Counted from the stretch's first letter, positions 12,180-27,862 are shown. The stretch: 64,000 nt of DNA from Antedon mediterranea (GCF_964355755.1 NC_092674.1:620001-684000), one strand, 5' to 3'. Notes: a model not told the origin generated them from the sequence alone. A program made the numbers and translations.

Positions 12180-14166
12180 TTATCTCGAGGGCCATTTTAT
12201 TTAAAGCAATAATTGAAATAATACGGAATATTATTAGTTTACAAATTGTACGAAGTTGAAATTACCCCTGCACCACCGTAAGCCAGATCTGAATGAATTA
12301 AATGGCTGTTCATTAACAAGAATCTAGTCTTGACTTAACTTTTCTTACAAAAGGTCTTTGACATTTTGACTGATTGCTGTCGATGTATTTGGCTGTTTGC
12401 CATGCCATTGAACGATATTAACCAAGATTGGATTATATAATGTCTTATAAACATTTCAACGGCTATCCGATGCCAGATTTGTGAATTTTAAAATAGGTCA
12501 ATTCTGATTCATGAATTCATATAACTAAAGATAGGATTTAATATGTCATGTTGTAAAATTACAATTTCAATAACCAACAGTTCCGATTTCGTATTGTTTT
12601 CCGTTCAAAACAAACATTATACATAAATGTTTCTTAGAGACGGGTAGAATGTATCGTTGACTTTGTTTAATCCTGAGGAAATCGAATAATGTATAACAGT
12701 AATTCCACCTTAATTAATCATGAAAATCAATACACTTACAATTCAATCAACTTAATTCGACGTGTAACATGTCAATAGTGAGAGAGGACTTAGAATGTAA
12801 AGTAACTCAGTAATGTTGGCATTCATTAGGCTCTACCCATATTCATTTACATCATGATACTAATCACTAATGTGAGTATTATAGATATAACAATATGTGT
12901 GCATATAAAGTCTTGGTGTTCTAATTACACATGGGTTTCACTGCATCTTTCTACTCCAACTTTGCTCAAATCTGTTGGATATTGCACTGGAAAACAACAT
13001 TTTGATTGATATCCAATGTTATAATTCTACACTACCTTAATCAGTTATTGCTATATGTATATTTAATAAACATGTAATCTTTCAATTAAATCATTTAAAT
13101 TGAATGAATAATGTTGACAACAATTAAAAAGGCAAGAGTCAAGTTAAAAACATTAGAAAAGAAACATGCTAACTGTACTTTGTAGAGGCAAGCCTATTAT
13201 ATGCCTGCTACTCACTTCTACAAAGAATGTGTGTCCACTGTCTACTTTTACCAATACTGTACTACCAACCATCCTACTAGGATATCTCGACAGCCCGCTA
13301 GCAAACACTGCATTGGTGACTGGCTAATAATACCAATTGGTAATTGTGGCCATTTCAAATCTTAATATATTTTATAGAATAAAAATCTGACAAAACAGAC
13401 AGTTTCTTATAAATGTTGTGCCTGAAGCCAATGATAATAGTCAACAAGATATAGCACGAGGTCATATCATTTAAAAATCCATTATTCATAATAGAGATCC
13501 CGATCTGTGGCAATTATAAGGAATCCCATTTGAAGATCTATAAATCGATGTAAAGAAGGTTGTTTGTTGCTGGGTTACATTTACCAAAATGATACATTAC
13601 AAATCCAAATATTGAATATCAGCGCGAAAAAAACTTGCACTTATATCTTTGAAGATCATTATACAGATCGCATCGGATATACACTTTGAGTTATACACAT
13701 CATCATTATATAAATTACCAATAACATAGTATAAGCTCAATAATGAAGACAAAGTATCTGTTAATAACAGAGAACTGTTAAGAAAGGTGTACATGAATAG
13801 ACAGGAGATACAAATGCAACATCATTGTGTTTTGGAATTACTATTTGAACAGAGTGCTACTGTTTTTTCGTTTATTCAATAAATATTCTCCACACATATA
13901 TTAAAAATACATAACAATAATAATTAGATGGTAATTAAAAAAACATATGTGTGAAACTTTACGCCTAGTCTTCCAGAAATAAATGAAGTAGTACAACTAC
14001 TGCCACTGTGACTTCCACTCACCATGCATGTTTTGTTGTACAAGTCAGATAGGAGTATAATGAGTTTCTGGTTTTTTACTCTCACGTTGTACACAGTATA
14101 ATCTATATACATTTCAGAAAAGATACAAACATAAAGGAAACAAACGTTTGACATAAAAGTTACTAA

Positions 14167-14345
14167 AGCTTGTTTCCCACTAGAACGTAACGCAACGACG
14201 TAAACGCAACGCAAGCGTTTTAACCAATGACAAGCGAAGTTATAGACAGTTAGCAATCACAAGCGAATAAGCCATCGCTTGTGATTGGTCAATTCACTTG
14301 CGTTGCGTTACGTCCTTGTGTTGCGTCGCTAGTGGGAACCACGCT
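14167..14345. mobile_element. PIF/Harbinger-like MITE, family B (CGCAA-rich palindrome)
   Basis: Ends AGCTTGTTTCCCACTAG / CTAGTGGGAACCACGCT with TWA flanks. Degenerate copies near 16310-16530, 16925-17090, 18590-18672 and 41515-41640. Confidence 0.7.
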
Positions 14346-17300
14346 TTAGTAATCAAAACGTACTCCTATCTGAATCTAACGCTACTACTTTCGACGACGA
14401 AGAAGAAGAAGAGCTCGTTAGATTTATGGAAGTTAGCATTTATATTACTGTCCTTAATTGAATGTACAATTGCCATGGGGTTCCTTGGTTATAACCTAAC
14501 AACTTTCATGCTTTTAATTTTATGCGTTTATGAATTAATTATTTCCATTTCGACAAAAACTTCGTTCAACACTAATATTAGTACCGTCTGCGGTATCGTC
14601 AATATGTGTGAGTTATATATCTGTGTTTGGGGGCGTCCGGCAGTGATACGAAGTCACGCTACATTTATTATTACGATTTGTGTACGCGCGCACAGTCAAA
14701 CACTCGCGGTATTACAAGTTGTTAATAATTAACAACATGTAATAAAGTACATTATTTTCTAAAAATAATGTAACGGTAATGTCACAACGTTGTTGGGATA
14801 ACGCTACATATAACTTTATGCGATCAGTTTATTATTTTGTAAGTACAAGTCACTACATTTACATAATACACTAAAGTTCACATATTGAGATAGATCATGA
14901 TTAGAGATAGCTCTCGTTATCATAGTTAATTATACACTATCAAACACTATTCTATTTCGCTAACATTTTTCAATTTAAGGTCATCATAGTTCGTATAGGA
15001 ATAAGTATGACAATACTTATTACGAACAAAGTCTTAAACGATATCATTTTATTTCGCAAAGATAGTATTTTTAATTGGAAGCCACTTAGTTCATAAATAG
15101 AAATAATTAAGATGCTATTAATTTCAAGAACGATGTCTTTGGTGACTTCTACACACGTTAAAAACGATATCATTTTTAATGATAAAGTTATTGGCACGTT
15201 GTGCTGTTAAGTACATAGCTAAAGGCACTAGAATAAGTAGAACACAAAGTTAAACCTACAACGTTCAAGTGTTTTCATCAACCCGCTTTTTCTCTATGTC
15301 GTTAAAATCGAAGCATATTACTCGCTCCTTAACATGACTAAATCCTTATTTATTTATAATTTAGATACAAAGTTTACGGGGAAATCTCCAATACGGTATT
15401 GTTATCGTATATTTTGATTGTAAGAATAATTAATAAGATTTGAATGAACGCTTAGTGATACGGTCAGCGTATTCTGATTAATTGTACATTTCATGGTGTG
15501 TTTGGAATGCATCGTTATTCAAAACAGAACAATTCATTCTAATTATTGTTAATACTTCAACCGTTTGTTGCGATTAAGATTGAAAATCAGAAAAAAAAAC
15601 CAATTATTGAAACGGTACACCACTATGATAACATAAGTTACTTTGACACGCTTGTTCATGTTGTAAAATGTGATATCATAACATTATACAGTAACGTTAA
15701 ATCCATATGACGTTAATATCTGGGACTCTTGTTGGTGTCACATGATATTACAGAGAAGGTCGCCTGCGCGCGCGTTTGTTCAAACACACTTATATATTAT
15801 TGGTACGTTTTTTGTACGCGTGCGCGCATGCTATCACAGTGTTTCTTCGCGGTGTGTAAGGCAATTTAGATTGCCTTGGTTATACTGTTATTGATGATAA
15901 AATAAATTAAATAATATTATAAGATGATATTGATATAGTTACTTTAAACACAATGCCGACTTCTTGTATATCATGTGATGTATTATTTATTGGCGTTAAG
16001 AAACGGATACACGCACAAGTTATCCCCTTGCATGTACAGACTTACGGGTAACACCAATTATAATGATATAGTGTCAACCTATAATATCGTATGATAGATG
16101 ATTGGTTTTAATGGACTTAATACAATGCTTCAGTACAGAGCGTAGAAGGCGATGTATTACAATGACAGGCTTTGAAGGGATTGTGGCATTTTACGAGCAA
16201 GCAATACGCCGAAAATGCGATTATTAAATATTCACATTCCTTTATTTACTTAATAAAAAATGGACAATATAAAAGTTTGCCGTACAAAAGATTATAGCCT
16301 ATTGGTCAACCATCTTTGTTTCCAGTTAGCAACGAAGTAATTAGAACAATCGCAGCGGTGATGGATAGTCCAACTGATTCTGATTGGTCAAATTGCTTGC
16401 GCTGTTGCGCGAAAGCTCTGCATCGAGTTCTTGTGAGGAGAACTAAAGCTTGGTTACCACTAGTATAGACTCAACGCATGGACGTACGAGCAACGCAAGC
16501 AAGTTTAACCAATGGCAATCGACAGATAATAAATAGCATTGTGTTCCAGGAGGAAATAAGCAGAGTTACATATTACGTAATATAGTATAGCAATGTTTTG
16601 ATCTTGGCGTTTTCAAAAAACGAGAACAATTTGTAACAAAAATAAACATACTAGAGTAACTCGAGTGTTTTAAAAAAGTTTAGTCTTTTTTAACATGCTA
16701 AGCACGCTTCTTTAGTATAGAATGTTGGCTTAAATCATGTTCCACGGCTGCTGAGAGTATAGTGTTTCATAATAACATTTATAAATCTCTAATTGCTTAT
16801 CCCATTTACACAATAATATTCATGAAGGAATATAGCTTATAAATCGATTTACTAAAACGCTCTTATCACAGTAATTCATTAATGTCCTTTCAACAGTAAA
16901 TGTTTGTATTAATCTTTGGCAAACTAAACCTTAATTCCTATTTGGACGCAACGCAACGAAGTAGGCGAGCACAACGCACGTGAGTTGACCAACCACAAGC
17001 GACAGTTGGGATGATGCGTCGTGATTGGTGGATACTTGCGTCGCGATAACGTCATTGTGTTTTGCATCCAATTAGACTAGAATCAAGTTTACGATTTTCC
17101 AAGTTCAATTTTCAACACAAATGCAGGGGGTTTTATCCTTAGGCAGGTATACTGTATGAAATATATTTTGTACTTATAGTCTTATACAAATTTAAATTTT
17201 TATTATTCATTTTCGCAATTTGTCTATATGGCAGTGTGTTATTGAAAATCATCATAATAATAATAATAAGATTTTTATAGCGCACATACCACTCAAGAGT

Positions 17301-17811
17301 GCTCAAGTGCTCAATTTCAAAACTATATAGAATAATTTAATATTATTCAAGTATAATAAGCATTTGCCATAATTCAATTTTCTGCCAGATAAAAGCAATG
17401 TGTGGTTAAATATATTCAGAAATCATATTCGGTAGCAGTCGCAGTATATACAACAACACGGTATTGAAACTCATATTGGTGTAGTTGTAGAACTTCAAAT
17501 AGAAACTAAACAAACACACGCACACACAAAATGTCTAATATTGTCTCAGAAGACCGATTATGTCTTTTACCCGCCATAGCTGTTCAGCTTTCCTGGATCC
17601 GCCCCTGCAGAATCAACGTAAATAATAGACACAAAGCAAAGCAGGCGTCATCTGTGCTCGAGTAAACATCAAGTTTACTATAATGATACTATAATGTGAA
17701 TTCCCTTGATTAATTAATAGTACCTCACCAATGGAGTATGATCTTAGATTTAAAATTGTACCTAAGTATCTCTTTATCTATCATGATATCAAAAGTGCAA
17801 CATCGTCATAA

Positions 17812-17946
17812 AGATCATTAGTTTGATAAGAATTGCGTACGCGTACAACCATAGCGCGTAATTGTCGATTCAAGGCAACAGATCATTAATGATAAGAACC
17901 GCGTACGCGTACAACCATAGCGCGTAATTGTCAATTGAAGGCAACA
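17812..17946. repeat. Direct tandem duplication, about 67 bp x2
   Basis: AGATCATTA...GCGTACGCGTACAACCATAGCGCGTAATTGTC...AAGGCAAC occurs twice. Confidence 0.85.
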
Positions 17947-18746
17947 TTTTTATATATAGGACAATTATGTTGTTGTTCAAATGATTTTCCAATTCCATGA
18001 GGACATAAACTAAAACCCTGACGGATTGTTTCATAACACAAATGAGATTTGAATCTTACTCAACATATTCCAAACATGATGTCTGTGATAACATTAATGT
18101 CATAGAACCGTAAATAAAAGTCACATAATATTAATATGCAGACATTTACAGACACAACGCTTTGGACGTTAATCACATTCTATTCAATTAATGGACCCGT
18201 AACCTAGGTTACGAGTGTTTTAAACGACACCAAACAAGAGTAAAGAAAAAGACAACGATAATGTTGACAATAGTGGAAGTGTGAGGTATACGTGTCATGG
18301 TTGCCAGCAACGGATAAGACAGACAATTTGGATTTATTAATTACACATATAATTCAAAACAATTAGAGAGATAGAAGTTGAAAGGACAATGTTTGATATT
18401 CCAAATTGTAGAATTCTAATTTATTACAGAACCAAATATGAAGTAATGACATCATTTCATTTATAACGAATCAAATAAGGTTATGTAAATCAGAATTAAA
18501 TGAAAACTGCATTGTTTGTTTGTTTTGATGTAGTTCTACTTACATACAATAAAAACTACACGATGTGTGTATATAATGGTTTGCGTTGTATCACGAACAA
18601 ACGAAACGCAAGAAAGACGCGCAACGCACATGAGTTGATCGTCACAAGCGAAAACCGTGTCGTCATTGGCCAACATTCTTGAAAAAAATAAATAACTTTT
18701 AATCCAAGAAAAAAACGACGATATCGTTTTGGGTGTTTTACATTAA

Positions 18747-19048
18747 TACAATACATAAATATTGTTAAATTAGATTAAAATTGTAATATTTTAGGAGCAA
18801 AAGTGTGTGAAGTCTACATAACCCAAATACGTAATCCGATAAAACGAAATTAGGAGAAGAATGTAACGATATTGTTATGGTGTTTTCCTTGCTATCAAAT
18901 TGAATTTACAATACATAAATATTGTTAAACTATATTTAAATTTGTATTTTAGAGAGCAAAAGTGTATTAGTCTACAAGACTCGAATACGTAATCCGAGAA
19001 AAATTAGGATAAGGATGTGACGATATCGTTATGGTGTTTTGCTTGATA
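18747..19048. repeat. Diverged direct duplication, about 160 bp x2
   Basis: TACAATACATAAATATTGTTAAA...GAGCAAAAGTGT...TACGTAATCCGA...GTTATGGTGTTTT occurs twice; partial third copy near 21090-21150. Confidence 0.75.
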
Positions 19049-19663
19049 TATCAGTAGCGTTCAAGATCAATTGAGAAGAAGGCCATGTTGCAATAGATCA
19101 GACAATTAACAAGCAGAATCCATTAAAATGATTCAATGTAATCACTTTGTTAAGTACTTGCTTAACGTGTTCACCCATACTTAAGTTATATAATATTGTA
19201 CTTACAAAGTGGTTTGATATTGTATTTGAATCGTTAGCATTGGCAACCTCTACATTATGCTCTGTAATCATTAAACTGATTACCAGTCATGCAACGAATT
19301 TAATGAGTGCGTTCGCAAATAGTACGATTTTTGTACACGCGCGTCGACTTTGTGGTCAGTGCATGATGCCTATCAACATGATGGTGGAATGAAAGACGAT
19401 ATTTACTCATGATAACACAAAATTATAACAATAGATGACATGATTATAATCACTACTTAATATAGGTGATATTTGTAGAAATCAGATCGTCTGATTAAGA
19501 ATGAGATACCGATCTTTTATCAATATGTGTCGCCGCAGTTTAAAATTGTATTTTTAAATTTCATGGAAAAAAAATCTGTGGCTTATTGCAAAACAGCAAA
19601 GAAAGAAAAAGTTATAAACATCTGTATAAGTAGAGAAAAACATAATAATGAAAACGTTACATA

Positions 19664-19702
19664 GAAGAAGAAGAAGAAGAAGAAGAAGAAGAAGAAGAAG
19701 AA
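19664..19702. repeat. (GAA)n microsatellite
   Basis: About 13 GAA units. Confidence 0.95.
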
Positions 19703-19825
19703 TATAAAGATAGCATACATTTATTACAAAACTATGCAAAAATAAAAGTGGGTGAAATCCACACAAAAGAGAAAAAAAAGACACTTTGAAACACAGCAAA
19801 ATTAACATCAGACCATAATATTTAA

Positions 19826-20168
19826 AGATTTATTGTTCCCCTGAAAACTAATTTTAATTTTTTTTGTTAATATACCATTTTAATGTTACATAATTAGTTA
19901 TCGGCTTTGACCAAAAATTGGATCGAAACAAAATGTATTTATCTGAAAAACTGTAATTTAAAGCACAAAATGGTAAAATTGGCTGCCAGCCAATGAATTC
20001 TTGGTTGAATTTAACCATTTAAAATGTTATTTTATAAGTGAAAACATATTTCGTTCTGTTTTTTCTTTTTTATGGAAGTGATTAACTTGATTAAAACTAC
20101 AAAATAACCTAATCAAAGTTTAATCTAATTAATCTTCATTTTCAATGTTTTTGGGGGACAATACATCT
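19826..20168. mobile_element. Kolobok-like MITE with TTAA TSD
   Basis: TTAA|AGATTTATTGTTCCCC ... GGGGACAATACATCT|TTAA. Shorter relative at 54854-54996. Confidence 0.65.
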
Positions 20169-22355
20169 TTAACTAGTTTATATACATGATTATTATATTT
20201 TCTTGAAAACATTGGCAACTACTTTAGTATGCTCATCATAGACGTTAGTAAAAACATTATCGTACACTTGGGACTCAACCAATTCATTATCGTACACTTG
20301 GGACTCAACCAATTCACTTGTACGTTGACGGATATCATTGTGCAGGTTAATCATATACTCTTTCTAAACTAATTTATCCTCTTTAAACGGTAATTATTAC
20401 CAAAGGTGCATCTTATGCATGATTTCAGGTAAATTTAAACATTTCAAAATTAACCTTACATAATCATGTCGCATACTGTAAGTTTTTAGTATTATTATGT
20501 TGATGGTTAAAAGATGCTGCTAATGCGTGTCCCGACGAAATATATAATTTTATCCAATTGTATTCTCTGTTCCATAAGTATAATATTTGTTGGGGGTGGG
20601 GGTGGGGGATGGTGGGCGTCGGTTTAAAATATGATTATAACGATTCATGTGTAAAAAGTAAACTATACTATATGCCTATTAATTCCTCATTACTTTTATA
20701 GTAATTTTAAAATGTTTTCTATTTAATATGATGTTAAAAGAAGAAAATAAATGTTTATTGAAAATTACAAAAATAAAAATAGTATATTATATACGGGACA
20801 CATTACACACATAAAATAGTGGTTCAAATACAATGGGTTAGTCGCTTTATATGCACTGCCTAATTTTGGGATTTCAATATGTATCTGTTTGACTATAAAT
20901 ACACACAATTAAGAGACATCAAAATATTATGCTAAACACCTTGTATCGGAGGAATTCATCCCTTCATGGTATAAACAAATGTGAGATTAATAATATATTT
21001 AATTAATTTTCGGACCACTTGAAATAGTATCTAATCGAATTATTTATTCCGCAAACATTTAGTTCTTTATATCAAATTAAATTTGCAATATATAAATATT
21101 ATTAAATTTATGATTTAAATTTGTACTTTTGAGAGCAAAAGCGTTAGTCTAAAAAATCGTATAAATTATCTGTCAAGAAGATCCATCTTTGAAATAACAA
21201 ATAGAATTTAAATTTACTAATCCGTTAAGTGAATCAGTCTTAAAACATTATCTTACGATATTATCTTAAAATTAGTTTATACCAAGTTCGTGCCAACAGA
21301 AACAAATGAAACATGTAGTTACCGCATAATTCGTCAGTCATAAAACTAAGACAACATTTAATGCACGCGCTCAAACGCTGGCAATAAACAAACGGCTGTT
21401 TTACGCGCGCGTCAACATTGTGTGTCTAATAAAATGAATTTATCTGGTAATATACAAATTGACTGATTCAACTACTGTAATCGCTGATTTCAACTTACGA
21501 AACAGAAATGAGGACAAATTACCTAATTGGTTAAAACTAAACCAATAATGACATTTAACATGAAAGAAAAAAAGTTGAGATTATGGTCAATGTGGAGGAA
21601 ATATCCTGAAATCTGACAAACATCAAATATTTCATCTAAAAAGAATAGACAACATACTAAACGCAAACATTGCTAAAAAAAAACAGTTTTTGAAAACTAC
21701 AACATTAATTACAATAACAACCATCATTTATGACCAGCAGTTACGTAAGAATATAGCCTAGTCAATCACTTATCGTTTGTACAAATCATTAAAACAAAAT
21801 GTAGGTAAGTCTAGGAGGTACGATATTTCTTATTTTTCTGAAAGGTACCCAGATAATAAATACAAAAGTGAATTTAAACTTCAAATCTGTGTTAACAATT
21901 ACCTAGAATATGTTTTGACACTTGATAAAAAATCGTTTCTTACGAAGAATTAATCGAATTCTAAAATACCGGTAAGAAAAGAGTCAAAGAAAACCCAAAA
22001 TAATAAAGAATATTTTAATAGTGGCTTTCAGTTTCCAAACTTCAATACAAGAACAAAACACATACCTAAATACTGACCACAATAGAATTAGGTTCAGTTA
22101 AAATCATGATAGACAATACAAAAAATTAACAAATTTAATTAGATTGGATGTATATTGGTAATTGGGAGAAGCTAAGTAAATTCATAACCTTTTTTTACCC
22201 TTTTTTTCTTACATTTTATTGTATATAGGCCTAAAAAAGTTCACAAAAATAAAACTTTCGACAACAATAAATATATACCGTACTCCTAAAAATGTTTGCC
22301 AAGTCTTAGAAATAAAACGATTTTGCTTAAGTTGGTAACATTAGGTCGTTCTTAC

Positions 22356-22445
22356 CTGTATAGCTAATTCTAACGCTATTAGACGAGCTGATATTATTGT
22401 CACCGGTTTTTTTTAGAAGGAAGTGTGTTTCTTGCGAGGCTCTCT
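22356..22445 (-). other. Candidate non-coding first exon of the SALMFamide gene
   Basis: Strong donor CAG|gtaaga at 22355. TATA-like GATAAATA at about 22464-22471 and a TGACG half-CRE. No good acceptor upstream. Confidence 0.45.
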
Positions 22446-23260
22446 ATCCCGTTGTATCGTCAGTATTTATCACTTTCTAGACGTGGCTTGTAAAGTAGTA
22501 ATTGCAACGTCGATCATCTAAGTGTATCGAATCGGTGACTTAATTCTTGAATACTTGACGACTATCATATGCCTTCTAACGTATAGTTTTCATTACTCCG
22601 ACTGGTCAATTGTATCTTAATTGTAACATGGGCGGAGGAAGTGCGCAATGAGAAACTGCGCATACTTCTCCACGATGAAGTACATGCATTGCTTTTGGGT
22701 AGAATTAAGATTCGCGCAGATGAAACGAAAGAATGGTGCCGGCCGTTTTAAGTATTTTGCTCTTAAATGTACTGATGAATAGGTTATAGTTATTCTGTCG
22801 GTTACGATATTTAATAGGCAGTGTACAGTATATATTTCCATTGATTCGCATATTAAATAAGAATGTCATATCTTACTTGACTAAGTCCGTCATACAGAGA
22901 TGACGTCGTCTTGCTCGGTTTTATCAAATTATAAACCTTCTTGTAGTTACATTATTCTTGTTTGTAATCGTACCGTTACGTATTATGTGTTTCTATAACG
23001 CTCAGATTAAAGCTTGGAGTCACTATATCTGTACAGTGAGGCGGTGTCGTGGCGTGATTGGGCATCTGTAGGCCCATAGTCATATTATGGATCTGCCAAT
23101 GGGTTCATTGTCATATCTATTATGGACTTCAAATACAAGCGAGCATAAATCATCAGAGTGTTATTAGTTTCTATAGTATACTGTATCCAACAACAAAAAT
23201 AAAAGCTTTCGTCATATTTCAAGAAGTGATTCTCGTGATGTAAAATACATTTAACTCTAA

Positions 23261-23455
23261 AGCTCTGTCTACACTTATGAAACTTGTTTGACGAAAAAGT
23301 GTGCCCAAATATGGTAGTGATATGACATCATCATGTCCATGGCCACATCACATTATTTTTGTCACATAAAGGTTTCCTTTTACCTGATTGTGTAATCCTG
23401 TATAAAGATGTTATTAAATAAATAAAAAATAAATAAAAATAGTCTAGATAAAGCT
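23261..23455. mobile_element. Harbinger-like MITE family A copy carrying an inserted retroelement tail
   Basis: TAA|AGCTCTGTCTACAC ... AAGCT|TAA, with an internal insert ending in (AAAT)n. Confidence 0.65.
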
Positions 23456-23936
23456 TAACACATCCAGGGACAGGTCTACTGAAGAAGGAGCAAATCACTA
23501 AAAACGTCGTTTAGTTGTTTCAGTTGTTCTTCTGATTTTGTTTAGTTCTGAAAATAAAAATGTTCAATGGTTATAGTAAATTCTAAAGTGTTTCTTTAAA
23601 CTACTGATTTCTGAAAGGTGAGATTGTAAAGTTATTTTAACTTTGTATGTGATTATTATTTTACCCTTTTCAAAAACTAAAATTAATACAGCGCTATCGG
23701 TATAACAAAATGGTAATGACTACTCATTGTTAATCATATTACCACACTAACTAGAATAATAAAAATGAATCAATAGAATTTTCTTGTAAAATAATCGAGA
23801 AAACGTTTCCGCGCATTGTAAACAACCTTTGTGATCACGAACAATAGCTGGTGACAAAAGGATAAACTCAAAACGTTCGTTCAATTTAGATTTTTTTCAC
23901 CAAATATAGAAAAGTTAATAATACTGACCTACTTAC

Positions 23937-24045
23937 CGGTCAAAACAAAATAAATATTCATTTCACCGTTTAAACAGTTAGCACAAATTATAAACTTTGT
24001 TAAGAAACAATCCTTTTCGATAAAATATCTATAATAATGACGTCA
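23937..24045 (-). promoter_or_regulatory. Alternative candidate promoter / first exon: perfect CRE, TATA-like tract and donor
   Basis: On the minus strand, TGACGTCA (24038-24045) is followed by TTATTATAGATA, then donor CCG|gtaagt at 23936. Confidence 0.35.
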
Positions 24046-27000
24046 TGGTACGCGTGCTTTACGCATACGATTAACGCGTGGGGTAATTAGAAAAAGATAA
24101 AGGGTTTGAAATAGTCAACAAGGGAGTGGATCTTAATCAAATGTTGGCAAGGCCATATCAATTGTGATACAATTTTACTTTAATTTATTTTGATACACAA
24201 ATGCACAAGAAAAGACCAATGTGAAGGTATACGACTAGACTAGCACCTTAAATAACATTGCGGATAGAGAAATGATTACAACAAAATCATGTATGTAAAC
24301 AGACGATAAAAAAATACAATGTTAGAAAAAATATGTATAAATTACTATATTTATATGAAAATGATGGAAATAAAAGTAGGATGAACCAACATAGGATAAA
24401 AAAAACAACATTGTGCAAAGGTAGTCTCATCGTGCTGCTTCGTCAGTTTCTCAAATAATATGAAAACGTGTCACAAAGAACAAAAGTTATCAGAATACTT
24501 AAATAAAACTATTTTATTGAAAATTGATTTATTTTGAATTTCAACAACTTTATGACAAACACCACTTAACTTGTATTTCATTGACGTCAATCCATTCAAT
24601 TTGTTATGAAACTTTACAATGTGACGCAACAGTATTCATCTAGCACAATTATCAGTGGTATCACAGTAACATTATGGCGCGCGCGCGTTCGAATGATCAT
24701 AACAATATTAAGACGCTGTATCTATAATTTTACTGACGACATCTTGATTGGAAAGCACTGACCGAAGTTTTTTGTTGTTGCTACAATAAACCGATATTTC
24801 GATTGTTTAATCAATAACACGTAATTCATAACGTATAAATGATCAATAAAGTTATCTTTCTTGCAACAAAAATATATGAAATGTGAAAATGTGAACAGTG
24901 AAAATTAAGAGTGAAATTGTAACTTCACTCTTCTCTGATAAGATTAACATTATACTGAACTGCACGAGGTAATAATAGACAATGCGCACAAAATATAATA
25001 TCTTGCTTACTCTATCTAAATGCATAAAATAAATTAATAAAATATTTATATTGAAAAAATACATATAAATGTAGGCCTTTTGGTTACAATATATCGACTT
25101 ATTGTCATCAGAAATAGCATGTGTCAAGCAATCAAATTCAGAAATCATAACACACATCATGTTGTTTTCGGAAAACATGGCAATGTTTAGAAAACATGAT
25201 TTACATGGAAATATAATATTAATAAAATTCAAGAAACGGACGTTGTTTCAAGAATTAATTTTGCTAATTATATAACACTACCAGGAAAGATAAACATTGG
25301 TGCTTAAAATCAATTAAAGACATTGGTGTTACTTGGGATTATTTGGAAGAGATGAGAAATACAGAATGAGACTAAGAATAACAGTTCTCTTCTTGGATAA
25401 TTTTGAACTTCTTTTTTTCAAAGATTAAAATGTGTAAGTAAGCAACATATGAGAGCCATAAAGCTACTTAAACTGTTTACACTTCGAAATGAAGAGGCTA
25501 AAGGACCATGTACAAACAGTAATGATAGTTAATATAAGTAAGATTAATATAAGATACTACAGGACTGATCGTTTTTTCTACTAAAACTTCTGGTTGATTC
25601 CCATGTATTCACATCAATATAATTATACAAAAATCACGATACGGGCAGAGGCTTTTTAATGAGAAGGAAATAATGGTATGCGTTGGTGTCTAAAGAGTAA
25701 GAACTAAAGTATCAATTAGTATTAGTTATTATTTTTACTAAGAAAGGCGAGGAATTTTTAACTAAATTGGCGCGTAACCGACTCAAGCAACCAAAAACAT
25801 CTGCTGAGTTTCCGCGTGTAGACGTCATCGCGTTCAACAATGTATTGTTGTCAAAGAGTCATGAATCTGAACATAAAGTGAGAATATCTTGACAGGCTTA
25901 CATAAAGTACTGATTCCAACTCAGGCAGGAAATCTTTTATATTTTCAAAAGTTGTTTGGTTATTGTAAGCGTTATAAGGGACAGATTATGCCAAGATTGA
26001 AGCGAGCAATTGTTATCTCTCAAACTTGAAGTTGAATCTAAAATATAATTGACATTTATAAATAAATCAACCACTATTAAAGAATGAACCTAACCACCTG
26101 GATACACTTCTGTTTATTCACTGAACTGTCGTCGGAATAAAACATTATTAATTATAAAAATAGTGTTGTTATATTTAATAGTTAAATAACACAGATTTTT
26201 CATATGTTATTAATTATTAACTGAATAGGCCTATCTCATTTAGAATGAGATAGCGGTTTAAAAAAAACCTAAAATACGTTAAAAAATATTTATTTCAATC
26301 AAAAATCCACAACAGACATATTTCCGAAACTCGAAGACAGCATTCCGCTAGGCGGTTGGTTCCACTATCTTCAAATGGCCGTTTCATAACTGCGCATGCG
26401 TCATAACTATCGTCTGAAATGTTTATTGCATGTAGAGTTGTTTATGCCACACTAATTATGTTACTGTAATTATACGTTACAAGCACATTATTTTAATGTA
26501 AAATCAGGGGTTTACCACTACATTTAACCCATTTTAGAGTCCAATAACTACATCCATAACCCCCGCACGAGTAATGAAAAATATACATATTAGGCCTAGA
26601 ATAATGTATTTCTACTCGGATCGGTAAGTAATTCAACTAGTTCTTTTCATTATAATTATAATTAAATTATTATACTAATGGTACAGTTATTAAAGTAACT
26701 GCTGTGATTGAATTTCGAACTGCTATCTTGAGCAAAATGATAAAGGATGAATACATAAAATTCGTCTCAAAGCGAACTTAAAACAGCCGTGGAATTTCAT
26801 AAATTAATAATAAATTGTTTGGAATTACTTTGCAAATTCTAATTCACTTCCCCCGTAAAAGAATTACTAATGAAAGAACAATAGACAGTACATCGTGACA
26901 TAGATTTCAAACTATAACAGATACATACATTCAAAACTAACGCAATAGCACGTACAGACTTTGACGAAACATCTAAATAGTTTTGATAAAAGACCACAGA

Positions 27001-27862
27001 TGATTAAAATTAGGAAATTAATGCTGACATGTGTTGATGACGTAGCTAAATAGTACACTTTCAAGACTGTAATCAAAGGTATTTAATCTCGTAAACCATT
27101 ATTTCAGAAGCTATTTATCACACTTATTATAACTCCATCTACTCTAAATATTTTAACAATTAAAGAGTTCAATTTAACACTGTTTACGATCAAGCCTATA
27201 ATATCAAAATGGACTTGTTGAAGACATATTCTCTCTGTCATGCAACGAATCGTAAAAGTAAAACAGTGAGTATCAAGCAATCAATCAGACTTGGAAGGTC
27301 ATTTATAGTACCATGTGCAATGCTAAAAATAAAATAAGTAATATTAATCTCATTATCAGGACTAAATTAATGTCGAAATATTAAAGTCTACGATAGCGTG
27401 TATCATTGCTATCAGAGGAATGAAGTTAATTTGTGGAAATGTCGGTGAATAAGAGAAACGATATAACAGTATTTTACCGACTTAACCAAATTCAGATAAT
27501 ATATATCTACATTTTGAGGTCATCAGTAGGCAAAAATAGACAAGCCTTAGAATTACTGATTTTATGAATACATAATTTGATTAGGCCTATATCCCACGTG
27601 TGCCAATTGAGAAACCTGAAATCAGCCGACAAACTAAACAAAAATATCAGCACACAAACCGGTGAGTTGAAATAATACAATATATCTAAGATGTTATTGA
27701 AACTGACACAATCGTATTCATAGTATGTTCTACTTGTTTTCTCTACCGTTTATTTTGACATATTTATTCGATTGATTTTTATAAGGTCAATTTGATTGAT
27801 CAATCGATCGGCAAATACCCTTGGTACATAACGTTGTGAAACTCCTGAAAGTGAACCGAATG

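Noticed and set aside
25743-25892. About 50 open codons on the plus strand with weak splice sites
   Set aside because: No partner exons or homology found; compatible with chance or an enhancer.
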